The position numbers and the translations under genes were made by a program. Of a DNA stretch of 32,000 bases, positions 9,517-17,692 are shown in pieces. Within the stretch, counting starts at the first letter, position 1, and each line of letters opens with the position of its first letter. The notes below the pieces were generated by a model that saw nothing but the letters and a program-made list of their open reading frames with translations, did no database searches and was not told the DNA's origin. Origin of the DNA: Nonlabens ponticola (GTDB lineage Bacteria > Bacteroidota > Bacteroidia > Flavobacteriales > Flavobacteriaceae); contig NZ_CP034549.1 in assembly GCF_003966335.1 (NCBI RefSeq), positions 1,290,001-1,322,000 on the forward strand. The letters run 5' to 3'.

Positions 9517-10933
9517 TGCCTCTCAATTCTAGCATGACAACATTCTCGACATGGTGCGTTTGTGGGAACATATCTACCGGTTGTAGTTTTGTAATTTCAT
9601 ACTTCTCATCTAGTAACGCAAGATCACGTGCCTGTGTTGCACTGTTACAACTTACATATACTATGCGTTGCGCCGCAAGAACCAGTAGTTGGGCCACGAC
9701 ATCCTTATGCATACCATCACGCGGTGGATCTGTTATCACCACATCAGGTTTGCCGTGCGTCGCTATAAAGTCCTCATTGAAAACGTCTTTCATATCACCT
9801 ACATAAAAACTAGCGTTCTCTATATTATTATTACGAGCATTTTCTTGAGCATCTGCAATCGCCTGTGGTATAGACTCGATGCCTACTACTTTTTGAGCCT
9901 TTGCAGCAACGAATTGGGCGATGGTTCCCGTACCTGTATATAAATCATAAACCGTTTCATTGCCTGTAAGTCCTGCAAAATCTCTGGTGATGCGATAAAG
10001 TTCCAGCGCTTGTTGAGAGTTGGTCTGGTAAAAGGATTTGGCACTTATCTTGAATTTCAAATGTTCCATTTGCTCCATGATGTGATCCTCGCCGTCGTAT
10101 AAAATCACGTCTTGATCATAAATGGTGTCATTTGCCTTCTCATTGATGATATATTGCAGCGATTTTATCTCAGGAAATTGATTTTTGAGATGTTCCAGTA
10201 AGGCTATTCTATGCTGTTTATGATCTTCAAAAAACTGGATGACAACCATTACTTCGCCGGTCGACGCCATGCGCAACATCAACGTTCTCAAGGTACCGTG
10301 CTTTTCTCTTGGGTTGTAGTAGGATATCTGTTCCGCTTTCGCGAAAGCGTGCACACTTAAACGAATACGCTCACCAATAGCTGGGTGCAAGTGACATTCA
10401 TCCAGGTGCAAGATCTTGTCCCACATGCCAGGAATGTGAAAACCCAGTGCTTTTTTATCATCGATCTCAACGTCAGATTGTATTTCTTCTAGCGTCAACC
10501 AGCGATTTGCAGAAAAGCTGAATTCCATCTTATTGCGGTAATAGTATTGCTCACTACTACCAGCGATAGGAGTGATCTCTGGCAATTCAAGATGACCTAT
10601 GCGCGTGAGATTTTGCACCACTTCTTTTTCCTTGAAATATAACTGGCTCTCATAGGTCATGTGTTGCCACTTACAGCCGCCACAAGTGTCAAAATGCTTA
10701 CAAACGGGCGTCGTCCTGCGGTCTGACTTCTTGTGAAAGTTTGTGACCTTGCCCTCATAGAAGGATTTACGTTTTTTGAAGGTAGTTATGTCAACAACAT
10801 CTCCAGGAACGGCATCAGTTAGGAAAATGACTTCGCCAGCTTCTGTTTTGGCAACGCTTTTTCCTCGCGCACCAGCATCGACAACGGGTACATTTTCAAA
10901 TGTTTTTTGGGCTCTTCTTCTTCGTTTTGACAT
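9509..10933 (-). CDS. rlmD: 23S rRNA (uracil-C5)-methyltransferase RlmD/RumA family
   Basis: TRAM-like N-domain, Fe-S cysteine cluster CKHFDTCGGCKWQH, SAM motifs DLYTGTGT and DPPRDG, catalytic VYVSCN. The track start is 10999. I prefer ATG 10933 (MSKRRRRAQK...) because the extra 22 residues look non-conserved. Confidence 0.88.
   Translation of the reverse strand: MSKRRRRAQKTFENVPVVDAGARGKSVAKTEAGEVIFLTDAVPGDVVDITTFKKRKSFYEGKVTNFHKKSDRRTTPVCKHFDTCGGCKWQHMTYESQLYFKEKEVVQNLTRIGHLELPEITPIAGSSEQYYYRNKMEFSFSANRWLTLEEIQSDVEIDDKKALGFHIPGMWDKILHLDECHLHPAIGERIRLSVHAFAKAEQISYYNPREKHGTLRTLMLRMASTGEVMVVIQFFEDHKQHRIALLEHLKNQFPEIKSLQYIINEKANDTIYDQDVILYDGEDHIMEQMEHLKFKISAKSFYQTNSQQALELYRITRDFAGLTGNETVYDLYTGTGTIAQFVAAKAQKVVGIESIPQAIADAQENARNNNIENASFYVGDMKDVFNEDFIATHGKPDVVITDPPRDGMHKDVVAQLLVLAAQRIVYVSCNSATQARDLALLDEKYEITKLQPVDMFPQTHHVENVVMLELRGNE
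10329..10349. repeat. Iterated palindrome copy 4 (TGTTCCGCTTTCGCGAAAGCG), inside rlmD
   Basis: Exact 16-nt palindrome at 10334-10349. The coding strand reads A-F-A-K-A-E-Q. Confidence 0.95.
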
Positions 10934-11084
10934 AGAATGCAAAATTAAGCCAATCTGTAACAAATGCCGTTTGACAGGTGATAAAACTAGCAAGTTCATG
11001 ACTTAGCTGGTAACAGATTTTATCCCAGCTTTAAGGATAAGCAGCGACAAGGTTTTGTAAATTGCAATAAACTGAAATATTTAC

Positions 11085-12359
11085 ATGGAGTCCACAATAG
11101 CAAGCAAATCACAAGAATATATAGAACTAGAAAATGAGCACGGCGCGCATAATTATCATCCACTGCCAGTAGTCCTGGATCGTGGTGATGGCGTATATGT
11201 TTGGGATGTAGAAGGAAAGCGCTATTATGACTTTTTAAGTGCCTACAGTGCTGTAAATCAAGGGCATTGTCATCCAGCGATTGTAAATGCGATGAATGAG
11301 CAGGCACAAACCCTGACACTTACCTCGCGCGCTTTTCACAATGATAAGCTAGGTGTTTATGAAAAGTACATGACAGACTATTTTGACTTTGACAAGGTGC
11401 TGCCCATGAATACCGGTGCAGAAGCTGTTGAAACTGCTATCAAGATTGCCCGTAAATGGGCCTATGAGAAAAAAGGTGTGCCAGAACATCAGGCACAAAT
11501 CATCGTGGCTGAAAATAACTTTCATGGTAGAACTACAACCATCATAAGTTTCTCAAACGATGAAGGAGCAAGAAAAAACTTTGGACCCTATACTCCGGGA
11601 TTTATCAAGGTAGCTTATGATGATGTTGATGCACTAGAGAATGCGTTAAAACAAGAGAATGTTGCTGGCTTCCTTATTGAGCCTATTCAAGGAGAAGCTG
11701 GTGTTTATACGCCAGATGATAATTACATGCGTGAAGCACGTGAGCTTTGTAAAAAGTATGAAGCACTGTTTATCGCAGACGAGATTCAAACAGGAATTGC
11801 TAGAACTGGAGCCTTGCTAGCCGTTTGTGGTAAATGTACGTGTCAAGGACACTGCGAGCGTCAACAAACCTATGCTAGACCTGATATTTTAATTTTAGGT
11901 AAGGCTTTATCAGGTGGTGCCTATCCTGTTAGTGCTGTCCTAGCCGATAATGATATCATGAATGTAATCAAGCCAGGTCAACATGGTAGTACCTTTGGAG
12001 GTAATCCAGTGGCCGCCGCAGTTGCCATGGCAGCGCTAGATGTGGTAAGAGATGAGTCATTAGCGCAAAATGCGAGAAAACTAGGAGAGCATTTCAGAAA
12101 ACGAATTAACGAATACATATCAACTACAGATACCGTGACGCTGGTAAGAGGTCGTGGTCTGCTCAACGCCATCGTTGTGAACGATTCAGAAACATCTGAT
12201 ACGGCATGGAATATATGTTTGAGATTGCGCGACCATGGTTTATTGGCAAAACCTACCCATGGTAACATCATACGATTTGCGCCACCGCTGGTCATGACAA
12301 TGGAACAGCTCGATGAGTGTATTGATATTATCATCAAGACACTTAAGGAGTTTGAATAA
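11085..12359 (+). CDS. rocD: Ornithine--oxo-acid aminotransferase
   Basis: Class-III aminotransferase with OAT-type blocks ([46 protein letters not shown]). Carries an extra Cys-rich segment before the PLP lysine (see findings). Confidence 0.9.
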   Translation: MESTIASKSQEYIELENEHGAHNYHPLPVVLDRGDGVYVWDVEGKRYYDFLSAYSAVNQGHCHPAIVNAMNEQAQTLTLTSRAFHNDKLGVYEKYMTDYFDFDKVLPMNTGAEAVETAIKIARKWAYEKKGVPEHQAQIIVAENNFHGRTTTIISFSNDEGARKNFGPYTPGFIKVAYDDVDALENALKQENVAGFLIEPIQGEAGVYTPDDNYMREARELCKKYEALFIADEIQTGIARTGALLAVCGKCTCQGHCERQQTYARPDILILGKALSGGAYPVSAVLADNDIMNVIKPGQHGSTFGGNPVAAAVAMAALDVVRDESLAQNARKLGEHFRKRINEYISTTDTVTLVRGRGLLNAIVVNDSETSDTAWNICLRLRDHGLLAKPTHGNIIRFAPPLVMTMEQLDECIDIIIKTLKEFE

Positions 12360-12381
12360 ACATTTAGAATTTCTATGAACT

Positions 12382-12411
12382 AAAAAAGGAATGTGATAGC
12401 GTTCCTTTTTT
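12382..12411. terminator. Bidirectional Rho-independent terminator
   Basis: A6-GGAATG...CGTTCC-T6 hairpin between the convergent stops at 12359 and 12416. Confidence 0.7.
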
Positions 12412-12415
12412 GTTT

Positions 12416-12802
12416 CTATTCTTCTGGTTTTCTTGATGGAGCATCGATCTCGTCCGCTTGTTCTGCATTTTTTGACTGCTCGATAAAAGTGTCTGGTAGT
12501 CCTAGGGTTTCCATGATTTCTACTTGTCTTTCTATTCGCTCTTCTTCACTATAAGCGATGTAGTGATAAGCGATCAAGGCTACCATGATGCTGCATAGGG
12601 TCACAGATGCCAGCGCTACCTTTCTTGCCTTACGCATAGCATCACCGTTAGAGAAAATATCTGGATTGCGTTTGATTTTACGCAAACCAGAGTTTGCCAT
12701 CATGAGCGCGATGATTGCAGGAACAATACCTAGACCAAAACAACAACCCAATATTCCCAGAGCAGATAGAGTGTAAACGGACGTCGTATTGAGTTTTTGC
12801 AT
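12416..12802 (-). CDS. CCC-motif membrane protein paralog 1 (GCC variant)
   Basis: MQKLNTTSVYTLSALGILGCCFGLG... Two TM helices flank a basic loop (KIKRNPDIFSNGDAMRKARK), followed by an acidic C-tail. Paralogous to the next two genes. Confidence 0.7.
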   Translation of the reverse strand: MQKLNTTSVYTLSALGILGCCFGLGIVPAIIALMMANSGLRKIKRNPDIFSNGDAMRKARKVALASVTLCSIMVALIAYHYIAYSEEERIERQVEIMETLGLPDTFIEQSKNAEQADEIDAPSRKPEE

Positions 12803-12845
12803 TATATGATATTATTGGAAAGACAAAAATGGCAAATTTTAAAAT

Positions 12846-12875
12846 AAAAAGGGAAAGCGATGGCTTTCCCTTTTT
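12846..12875. terminator. Rho-independent terminator between CCC paralogs
   Basis: A5-GGGAAAGC-GATG-GCTTTCCC-T5, 21 nt downstream of the stop at 12896 on the minus strand. Confidence 0.7.
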
Positions 12876-12895
12876 CTAATTTATACCGGATTAGT

Positions 12896-13264
12896 TTACA
12901 TACAGCCTTCCTGTTCCATTGCATCATAGAACGGTGCAAGTTGCTCGTCAGTTACATCAGGATTATTCTTAGCAAAATCTATATACCATTCATAAATCTC
13001 ACATTTGTTATCAAATTGCGAGAAGAAGATGATATATCCCACCAATACAACTGCTGAAAGAACTAGAGCCACAATGGCAACAATTCTAGCGTTTTTCATG
13101 GCCTTGCCATTCTCATATTGCTCTGGATTTTCTTTATACTTTGATGATCCTTTTTGAGCTATGAATAAGGCAATGGCACTAGGAATGATACCTAGTCCTA
13201 CACAGCAACAGATAAAACCTGCAACGGATAGAATGTAAATGGCGGTTGTATTGAGTTTTTGCAT
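12896..13264 (-). CDS. CCC-motif membrane protein paralog 2
   Basis: MQKLNTTAIYILSVAGFICCCVGLG... Same architecture as its neighbours, but with a divergent Cys-containing tail (KCEIYEWY...EQEGCM). Confidence 0.7.
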   Translation of the reverse strand: MQKLNTTAIYILSVAGFICCCVGLGIIPSAIALFIAQKGSSKYKENPEQYENGKAMKNARIVAIVALVLSAVVLVGYIIFFSQFDNKCEIYEWYIDFAKNNPDVTDEQLAPFYDAMEQEGCM

Positions 13265-13275
13265 TTATGTTGCTA

Positions 13276-13641
13276 TTACTCGTCCATACTAGCTTCAGCA
13301 TCCGCTCTTGCCTGGTCGATTACCTCTTGAGGTACACCTATCATTTCCATGATTTCAAGAGTTTGCTCCAGCTGCTCTTCTTCTGTAGTTGTGAAATAGT
13401 TAAAAGCAGTCCATGCTGTTACAAGTCCAGAAACTATAAGAGAAACTAGAGCTACGGTTCTAGCTGTTTTCATAGCTGGTCCATTTGAATATTGTTCTGG
13501 ATTCTCAGCGTATTTTTTCAATTCTTTGTTGGCGATAACAAAGGCGATTATAGCGGCGACTAATCCTAGTCCCCAAGCGCAACAGCACAGAAAACCTACA
13601 ATAGAAAGTATGTAAACTGTGGTTGTATTTAATTTTTGCAT
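13276..13641 (-). CDS. CCC-motif membrane protein paralog 3
   Basis: MQKLNTTTVYILSIVGFLCCCAWGLG... The tail EEEQLEQTLEIMEMIGVPQEVIDQ parallels the paralog 1 tail. Confidence 0.7.
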   Translation of the reverse strand: MQKLNTTTVYILSIVGFLCCCAWGLGLVAAIIAFVIANKELKKYAENPEQYSNGPAMKTARTVALVSLIVSGLVTAWTAFNYFTTTEEEQLEQTLEIMEMIGVPQEVIDQARADAEASMDE

Positions 13642-13651
13642 AATGGTTGGT

Positions 13652-13933
13652 TTAAAAAATGGTTATTTTAATAATATAACTGGTTATAATGGTGCCAATG
13701 GTAATGATGGTCGCCCATAGCTTTATGTGCTCAGTACCCTTAACCTTATAGAATAAATCAAATGTAAGGAAAAACAATAAAAACCCTAGAGGAAATAATC
13801 CAGGGTACATTAAAAACGAGTCGATGATCTCGCCCTTGAATAAAAGAGAAATGGACCGCTGGATACCACATCCAGGACAGTCCATTCCTATTATTTTTTT
13901 GGTCATGCAGGGCAACATCCATTCATCCTGCAT
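13652..13933 (-). CDS. DUF2752-like small membrane protein
   Basis: N-terminal CPGCGIQRS zinc-knuckle-like motif followed by two or three TM helices. Separated by 10 nt from the first CCC paralog. Confidence 0.65.
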   Translation of the reverse strand: MQDEWMLPCMTKKIIGMDCPGCGIQRSISLLFKGEIIDSFLMYPGLFPLGFLLFFLTFDLFYKVKGTEHIKLWATIITIGTIITSYIIKITIF

Positions 13934-13947
13934 GCTCTGTACTCTTA

Positions 13948-15882
13948 TTAGTTAGACACGCTAACTTTAGTAGATATTTCTTGCTCATCTTGAGTCGTTA
14001 CTCTCACGATATATATTCCAGCAGCATAGTTGGACGTATTAAACGTGTAACGCTCCGCTAGATCACTATTGCTTTCACTAGTAATTAGTCTACCAGCAAG
14101 ATCGTAGATAGAGATATCGGCTACATCTTGCATGTCGCGATTTAGAACTGTAAGAGTTGCATTGGTGTTGTTTTGGAAAATATTGAAGCTATCTTCATTA
14201 GCTAGAACATCATCGTTGCTTAATGTGCTTTGCTCTTCGAAAACAATGCTGTAACGATCTTCAAACGTTCCTTTCTCTACAGTGATTTCGAAGCTGTCAT
14301 TTAAAATGTCGTGATACGTGTTATTCAACTTATCGTGTATGAAGATGTCTTCTGTATCAAAATTGATCATGTCATAAACACGTACATCAAAAGTAGAAGT
14401 AGCTTCTTGAGATGCGAATCCTAGTGGCACATCAGTTTCCTCTTTATTGAATGGTACCGTTTGTATAACAAACTCATTGTTTGCTAGAGGCATAAACATA
14501 TCCGTGGCAACACGATTTGCTGCATTACTTCCTTCTAGACCACGATCCCAACCTATGGTACTATCATCACCAAAGGCAAGCGTGATACTTCTGTTATACT
14601 GACCGTTGATAAATGCATTAATCTTAATTCTAGATCTCATGGGAGTACCATTGGAATCTAATGCTTGAACACTAGATGATCCAGGAGCAGATTTAAATAA
14701 ACTTGATGTTGGGTTTTCCCTAACGAAAACACGATGAGAATTTTTAAAAGTAGCATATCCGTCAGTGTTGAGTGTAAAACCATCCTCTACATTTCTTTGG
14801 ATAACAAATCCTTGACCTATCGCAGCATATCTTCTGGAGGCCGTATTACCTACTGGTGTAATACCGCCATCTCTTCCTACAGATCCACTCAAGGGCTCGC
14901 CGCTAGAATCATATCTTCTAAATGTTGCATTTTCATACATACCATCTGTACCATCAGTTGCGGTTCCTGGAGTATAAACACCATAACCACCTTCATAATC
15001 TACCAATTTGTGTGTAGTAGGTTGAGAATCCCAGAAATAAGCCTCAGCCGAAATCTCTGTATTTTCTAATAAAAATGTTTTTAAGTCAAGTGCTGATGGA
15101 TATGGATTACCAACTAATGAAAAATCACCAGCTTTTACACCTACGGTGATATCACCAGAATTAGGAATACCTCTAAAATCATATCGTTGTCCAGAGCCTA
15201 GTTCAGATGACTCAATGTTTGGTCCAGTTCCTAAAACGCCTTTCATAGTGAAACCATATCCTGGTAAAACGATCGCCGTTGGGTCTGCAAAAGCTTGCCA
15301 CCCACTATAACCGCCACCACCGCCAGAACCATCACCTACGCTATTGTAACTGTATAACCACCTTGAAGCAATACGTAGATCCTTAGTCACTATCGTTGGA
15401 CCGCTTTCAGTAGAAGGATTTGTAAAATCTTGCTCATCTGTCCGACCATCATTTCTTGATCTTTCATATAGTCTAGCGCGGTTTGCATCAATTACCAGAT
15501 CAGTTTCTCTAGCAAATCCTTCCATCAATAGTGGATAGTAAATCTGCGTGTTAGAAAATCCAACTCCAGAATTTACAGGAGCACTCCAATAGTTGTAGGT
15601 AAAATTATCTGCAACACCTTCTTGAAATACAGAAAAAGTTCCAGCGCCGCCGTTAGCTGTCGCGTTTGGCTCTAACTGTATCAGTTGCGCCTCATCGCGC
15701 ATGTAAATTGCAGATCCAGGTGTATCTGCCACCTCATCAGGTGCGTCGCGCAATACAATACCTTGCTTCACGACGATGTCGGTTCCTTTTGAGTAAATGA
15801 AGGCATTATTGTTTACCTGTACCTGCGCCATCGCAAGGCTGGTAGTGAATAATGCAACTAGAATTATGGTAATGTTTTTCAT
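13948..15882 (-). CDS. Secreted protein with T9SS type A C-terminal sorting domain
   Basis: Signal peptide MKNITIILVALFTTSLAMAQ. The last ~80 aa (LTVLNRDMQDVADISIYDLAGRLI...AAGIYIVRVTT...KVSVSN) match the Por/T9SS CTD pattern. The body has no domain I recognise. Confidence 0.75.
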   Translation of the reverse strand: MKNITIILVALFTTSLAMAQVQVNNNAFIYSKGTDIVVKQGIVLRDAPDEVADTPGSAIYMRDEAQLIQLEPNATANGGAGTFSVFQEGVADNFTYNYWSAPVNSGVGFSNTQIYYPLLMEGFARETDLVIDANRARLYERSRNDGRTDEQDFTNPSTESGPTIVTKDLRIASRWLYSYNSVGDGSGGGGGYSGWQAFADPTAIVLPGYGFTMKGVLGTGPNIESSELGSGQRYDFRGIPNSGDITVGVKAGDFSLVGNPYPSALDLKTFLLENTEISAEAYFWDSQPTTHKLVDYEGGYGVYTPGTATDGTDGMYENATFRRYDSSGEPLSGSVGRDGGITPVGNTASRRYAAIGQGFVIQRNVEDGFTLNTDGYATFKNSHRVFVRENPTSSLFKSAPGSSSVQALDSNGTPMRSRIKINAFINGQYNRSITLAFGDDSTIGWDRGLEGSNAANRVATDMFMPLANNEFVIQTVPFNKEETDVPLGFASQEATSTFDVRVYDMINFDTEDIFIHDKLNNTYHDILNDSFEITVEKGTFEDRYSIVFEEQSTLSNDDVLANEDSFNIFQNNTNATLTVLNRDMQDVADISIYDLAGRLITSESNSDLAERYTFNTSNYAAGIYIVRVTTQDEQEISTKVSVSN

Positions 15883-15994
15883 AAAAAACGTCTATACTTA
15901 TTACAAAAATATACTCTTTAAATGAGTAATATCGTTAATTTCAGGCATATTACTACCTAAATACAAATAGGTCGGCAAAATACATATAAAACCG

Positions 15995-16186
15995 ATGAAC
16001 GAAAACAATAAGCAGCTATTTAACGGTATTTTAATTATCGTTGGTGGTGCGTTACTCATTTATACTCTGACAGTTACCACGGCAAGCATCTATACTCAAA
16101 TCTTGGGTATCATCTTTCTCATGGTAGGTGCTTATCGCGCTAGTAAACATTGGTCTATTCATAAAAATGACCATCTAGATGAGTAA
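15995..16186 (+). CDS. Small two-TM membrane protein
   Basis: 63 aa with two hydrophobic helices (LFNGILIIVGGALLIYTL / ILGIIFLMVGAY). Its stop overlaps the ATG of the Smr gene (ATGAGTAA). Confidence 0.45.
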   Translation: MNENNKQLFNGILIIVGGALLIYTLTVTTASIYTQILGIIFLMVGAYRASKHWSIHKNDHLDE

Positions 16187-16709
16187 GTTCAAGAAAGGAG
16201 ATCAAGTGCTGGTAATTGACGATGATGTGAGTGGTGTGGTAGCTTTCGCGAAAGCGGAACAAGTAACCATCCTATCCACAGACGACATAGAGTTACAGTA
16301 TCATGAACAGGAATTGATACTAGATCAGCGTTTCAATGTCAAGGGCATCGTACCTATGAAAAAGGAAGTTGTTAAAAAATCAAAGCGCCGCATACAATCA
16401 CGTAAAAAAGCAGCGTTCATACCAGCGGTTGAGGTAGATCTACACATACACCAATTGACCGATAAATCGCAGTACATGGACAATTACGACATGCTCAACC
16501 TGCAAATCGACACCGCTAGAGATAAAATTGAATGGGCAAAAAGAGAACGAGTACCCAAACTCATTTTTATCCATGGAGTAGGTGAAGGCGTCCTAAAACA
16601 GGAACTAGAATTCCTGCTAGATCGCTATGAGTATCTCAAATACTATGATGCCGACTATCAAAAATACGGTCTAGGTGCTACCGAGGTTTACATCTATCAG
16701 AACAGCTAG
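16179..16709 (+). CDS. Smr (MutS2-related) domain protein
   Basis: C-terminal VEVDLHIHQL...KLIFIHGVGEGVLKQEL is the Smr-domain DLHG/HGxG pattern (here DLHI). Confidence 0.75.
   Translation: MSKFKKGDQVLVIDDDVSGVVAFAKAEQVTILSTDDIELQYHEQELILDQRFNVKGIVPMKKEVVKKSKRRIQSRKKAAFIPAVEVDLHIHQLTDKSQYMDNYDMLNLQIDTARDKIEWAKRERVPKLIFIHGVGEGVLKQELEFLLDRYEYLKYYDADYQKYGLGATEVYIYQNS
16242..16261. repeat. Iterated palindrome copy 5 (GCTTTCGCGAAAGCGGAACA), inside the Smr gene
   Basis: Exact 14-nt core at 16242-16255. Reads A-F-A-K-A-E-Q. Identical over 20 nt to the reverse complement of copy 4. Confidence 0.95.
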
Positions 16710-16712
16710 AAT

Positions 16713-17618
16713 CTAGTCCTCTACAAATTCTGGTGTAACTGTAATTGAAATACCTGATGTAGTGAAAGATCCAAAATCTAATTGGTCAAAGACCAATTCC
16801 TTGCCTTCGCCATTGAGTACCAGATTTTGAAAATCAAATTGGAGTGCGCTGCGTCTAGTATAGCTATTAGGTCTGTATTCGTTTATAGGCGTTGACGCTT
16901 CGGCTCTAATTTCTGCGTTTAGATAAAACGGCGTTTCATCTTCATCTAGATCATCTCGAGGGTCCAGATTACCATTGAGGTCTTCCTGTATTGTTGGGAT
17001 GCCATCGCCGTCATCATCAGGATCTAGATAGTTAGGTATATTATCGCCGTCTGTATCTAGACTCAAGTTCATCGATATCTGTCCATTGACGATTACGACG
17101 CCTTCTTGATTTGTGGGGACATTGTCACCATCATCGTCTGTATCAATGTTATCTGGTAATCCATCATTATCTGAGTCTAGACCTGATTCAAGATCTGATG
17201 GTATGCCATCGTTATCATCAAGCGAAAAAGTAGTCGTGGTAATAATAAAGGTTCCGTTCTCTGCATCAAAGGATTCTGTTACTCGAGGTGAGACCGGTGG
17301 TACATTACCGCAAAAATAGTCTCTATCTGGAGCAGCGTTGTATCGACGATAATCAACAATGTTGTCGTTGTTTAAATCAAAGTCACTATAAGTACCATCA
17401 ACCGTTAAAATATCATCGCTAGTAGAAAATTCAAGAGAAAGGCTTTCAAAATTGCTCTGGTCAATTTTATAGAATACGTAGTCTCGATCTCCTGTTGTAG
17501 CGGTAGGCAAACAGGCCTGTAGTGCCACGCCGTCAAAATCCAAATCCTCGACAACGATGTCACCGTCATCACAAGATAAGATGATGCTGGCAATTAATAA
17601 GGGTAATATCTTTTTCAT
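16713..17618 (-). CDS. Lipoprotein with thrombospondin type-3-like calcium-binding repeats
   Basis: Leader LLIASIILSC. Repeated DxDxDGxPDxxD units (DSDNDGLPDNIDTDDDGDNVP, DTDGDNIPNYLDPDDDGDGIP). Confidence 0.7.
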   Translation of the reverse strand: MKKILPLLIASIILSCDDGDIVVEDLDFDGVALQACLPTATTGDRDYVFYKIDQSNFESLSLEFSTSDDILTVDGTYSDFDLNNDNIVDYRRYNAAPDRDYFCGNVPPVSPRVTESFDAENGTFIITTTTFSLDDNDGIPSDLESGLDSDNDGLPDNIDTDDDGDNVPTNQEGVVIVNGQISMNLSLDTDGDNIPNYLDPDDDGDGIPTIQEDLNGNLDPRDDLDEDETPFYLNAEIRAEASTPINEYRPNSYTRRSALQFDFQNLVLNGEGKELVFDQLDFGSFTTSGISITVTPEFVED

Positions 17619-17679
17619 GAATTCAAAGGTAAGCGATCAGTTTGAAGTTGATAAACGTTTAATATGTAGGTAGATTATA

Positions 17680-17687
17680 TACTTTTG
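17680..17687 (+). promoter_or_regulatory. Bacteroidota -7 promoter box (TACTTTTG) immediately upstream of the start codon
   Basis: Exact TAnnTTTG match ending 5 nt before the ATG at 17693. Confidence 0.4.
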
Positions 17688-17692
17688 CAAAC

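Noticed and set aside
10934-10999. 22-codon N-terminal extension of rlmD (MNLLVLSPVKRHLLQIGLILHS) in the track ORF.
   Set aside because: It is hydrophobic and has no counterpart in RumA/RlmD proteins as I know them. The internal ATG at 10933 begins the basic stretch that precedes the TRAM domain. The call is uncertain and is flagged in the feature evidence.
12851-12870. GGGAAAGC-GATG-GCTTTCCC, containing both half-sites of the palindrome in swapped order.
   Set aside because: It is flanked by A5 and T5 runs and positioned exactly as a terminator for the middle CCC paralog. The inverted order (GAAAGC...GCTTTC) is not the repeat family.
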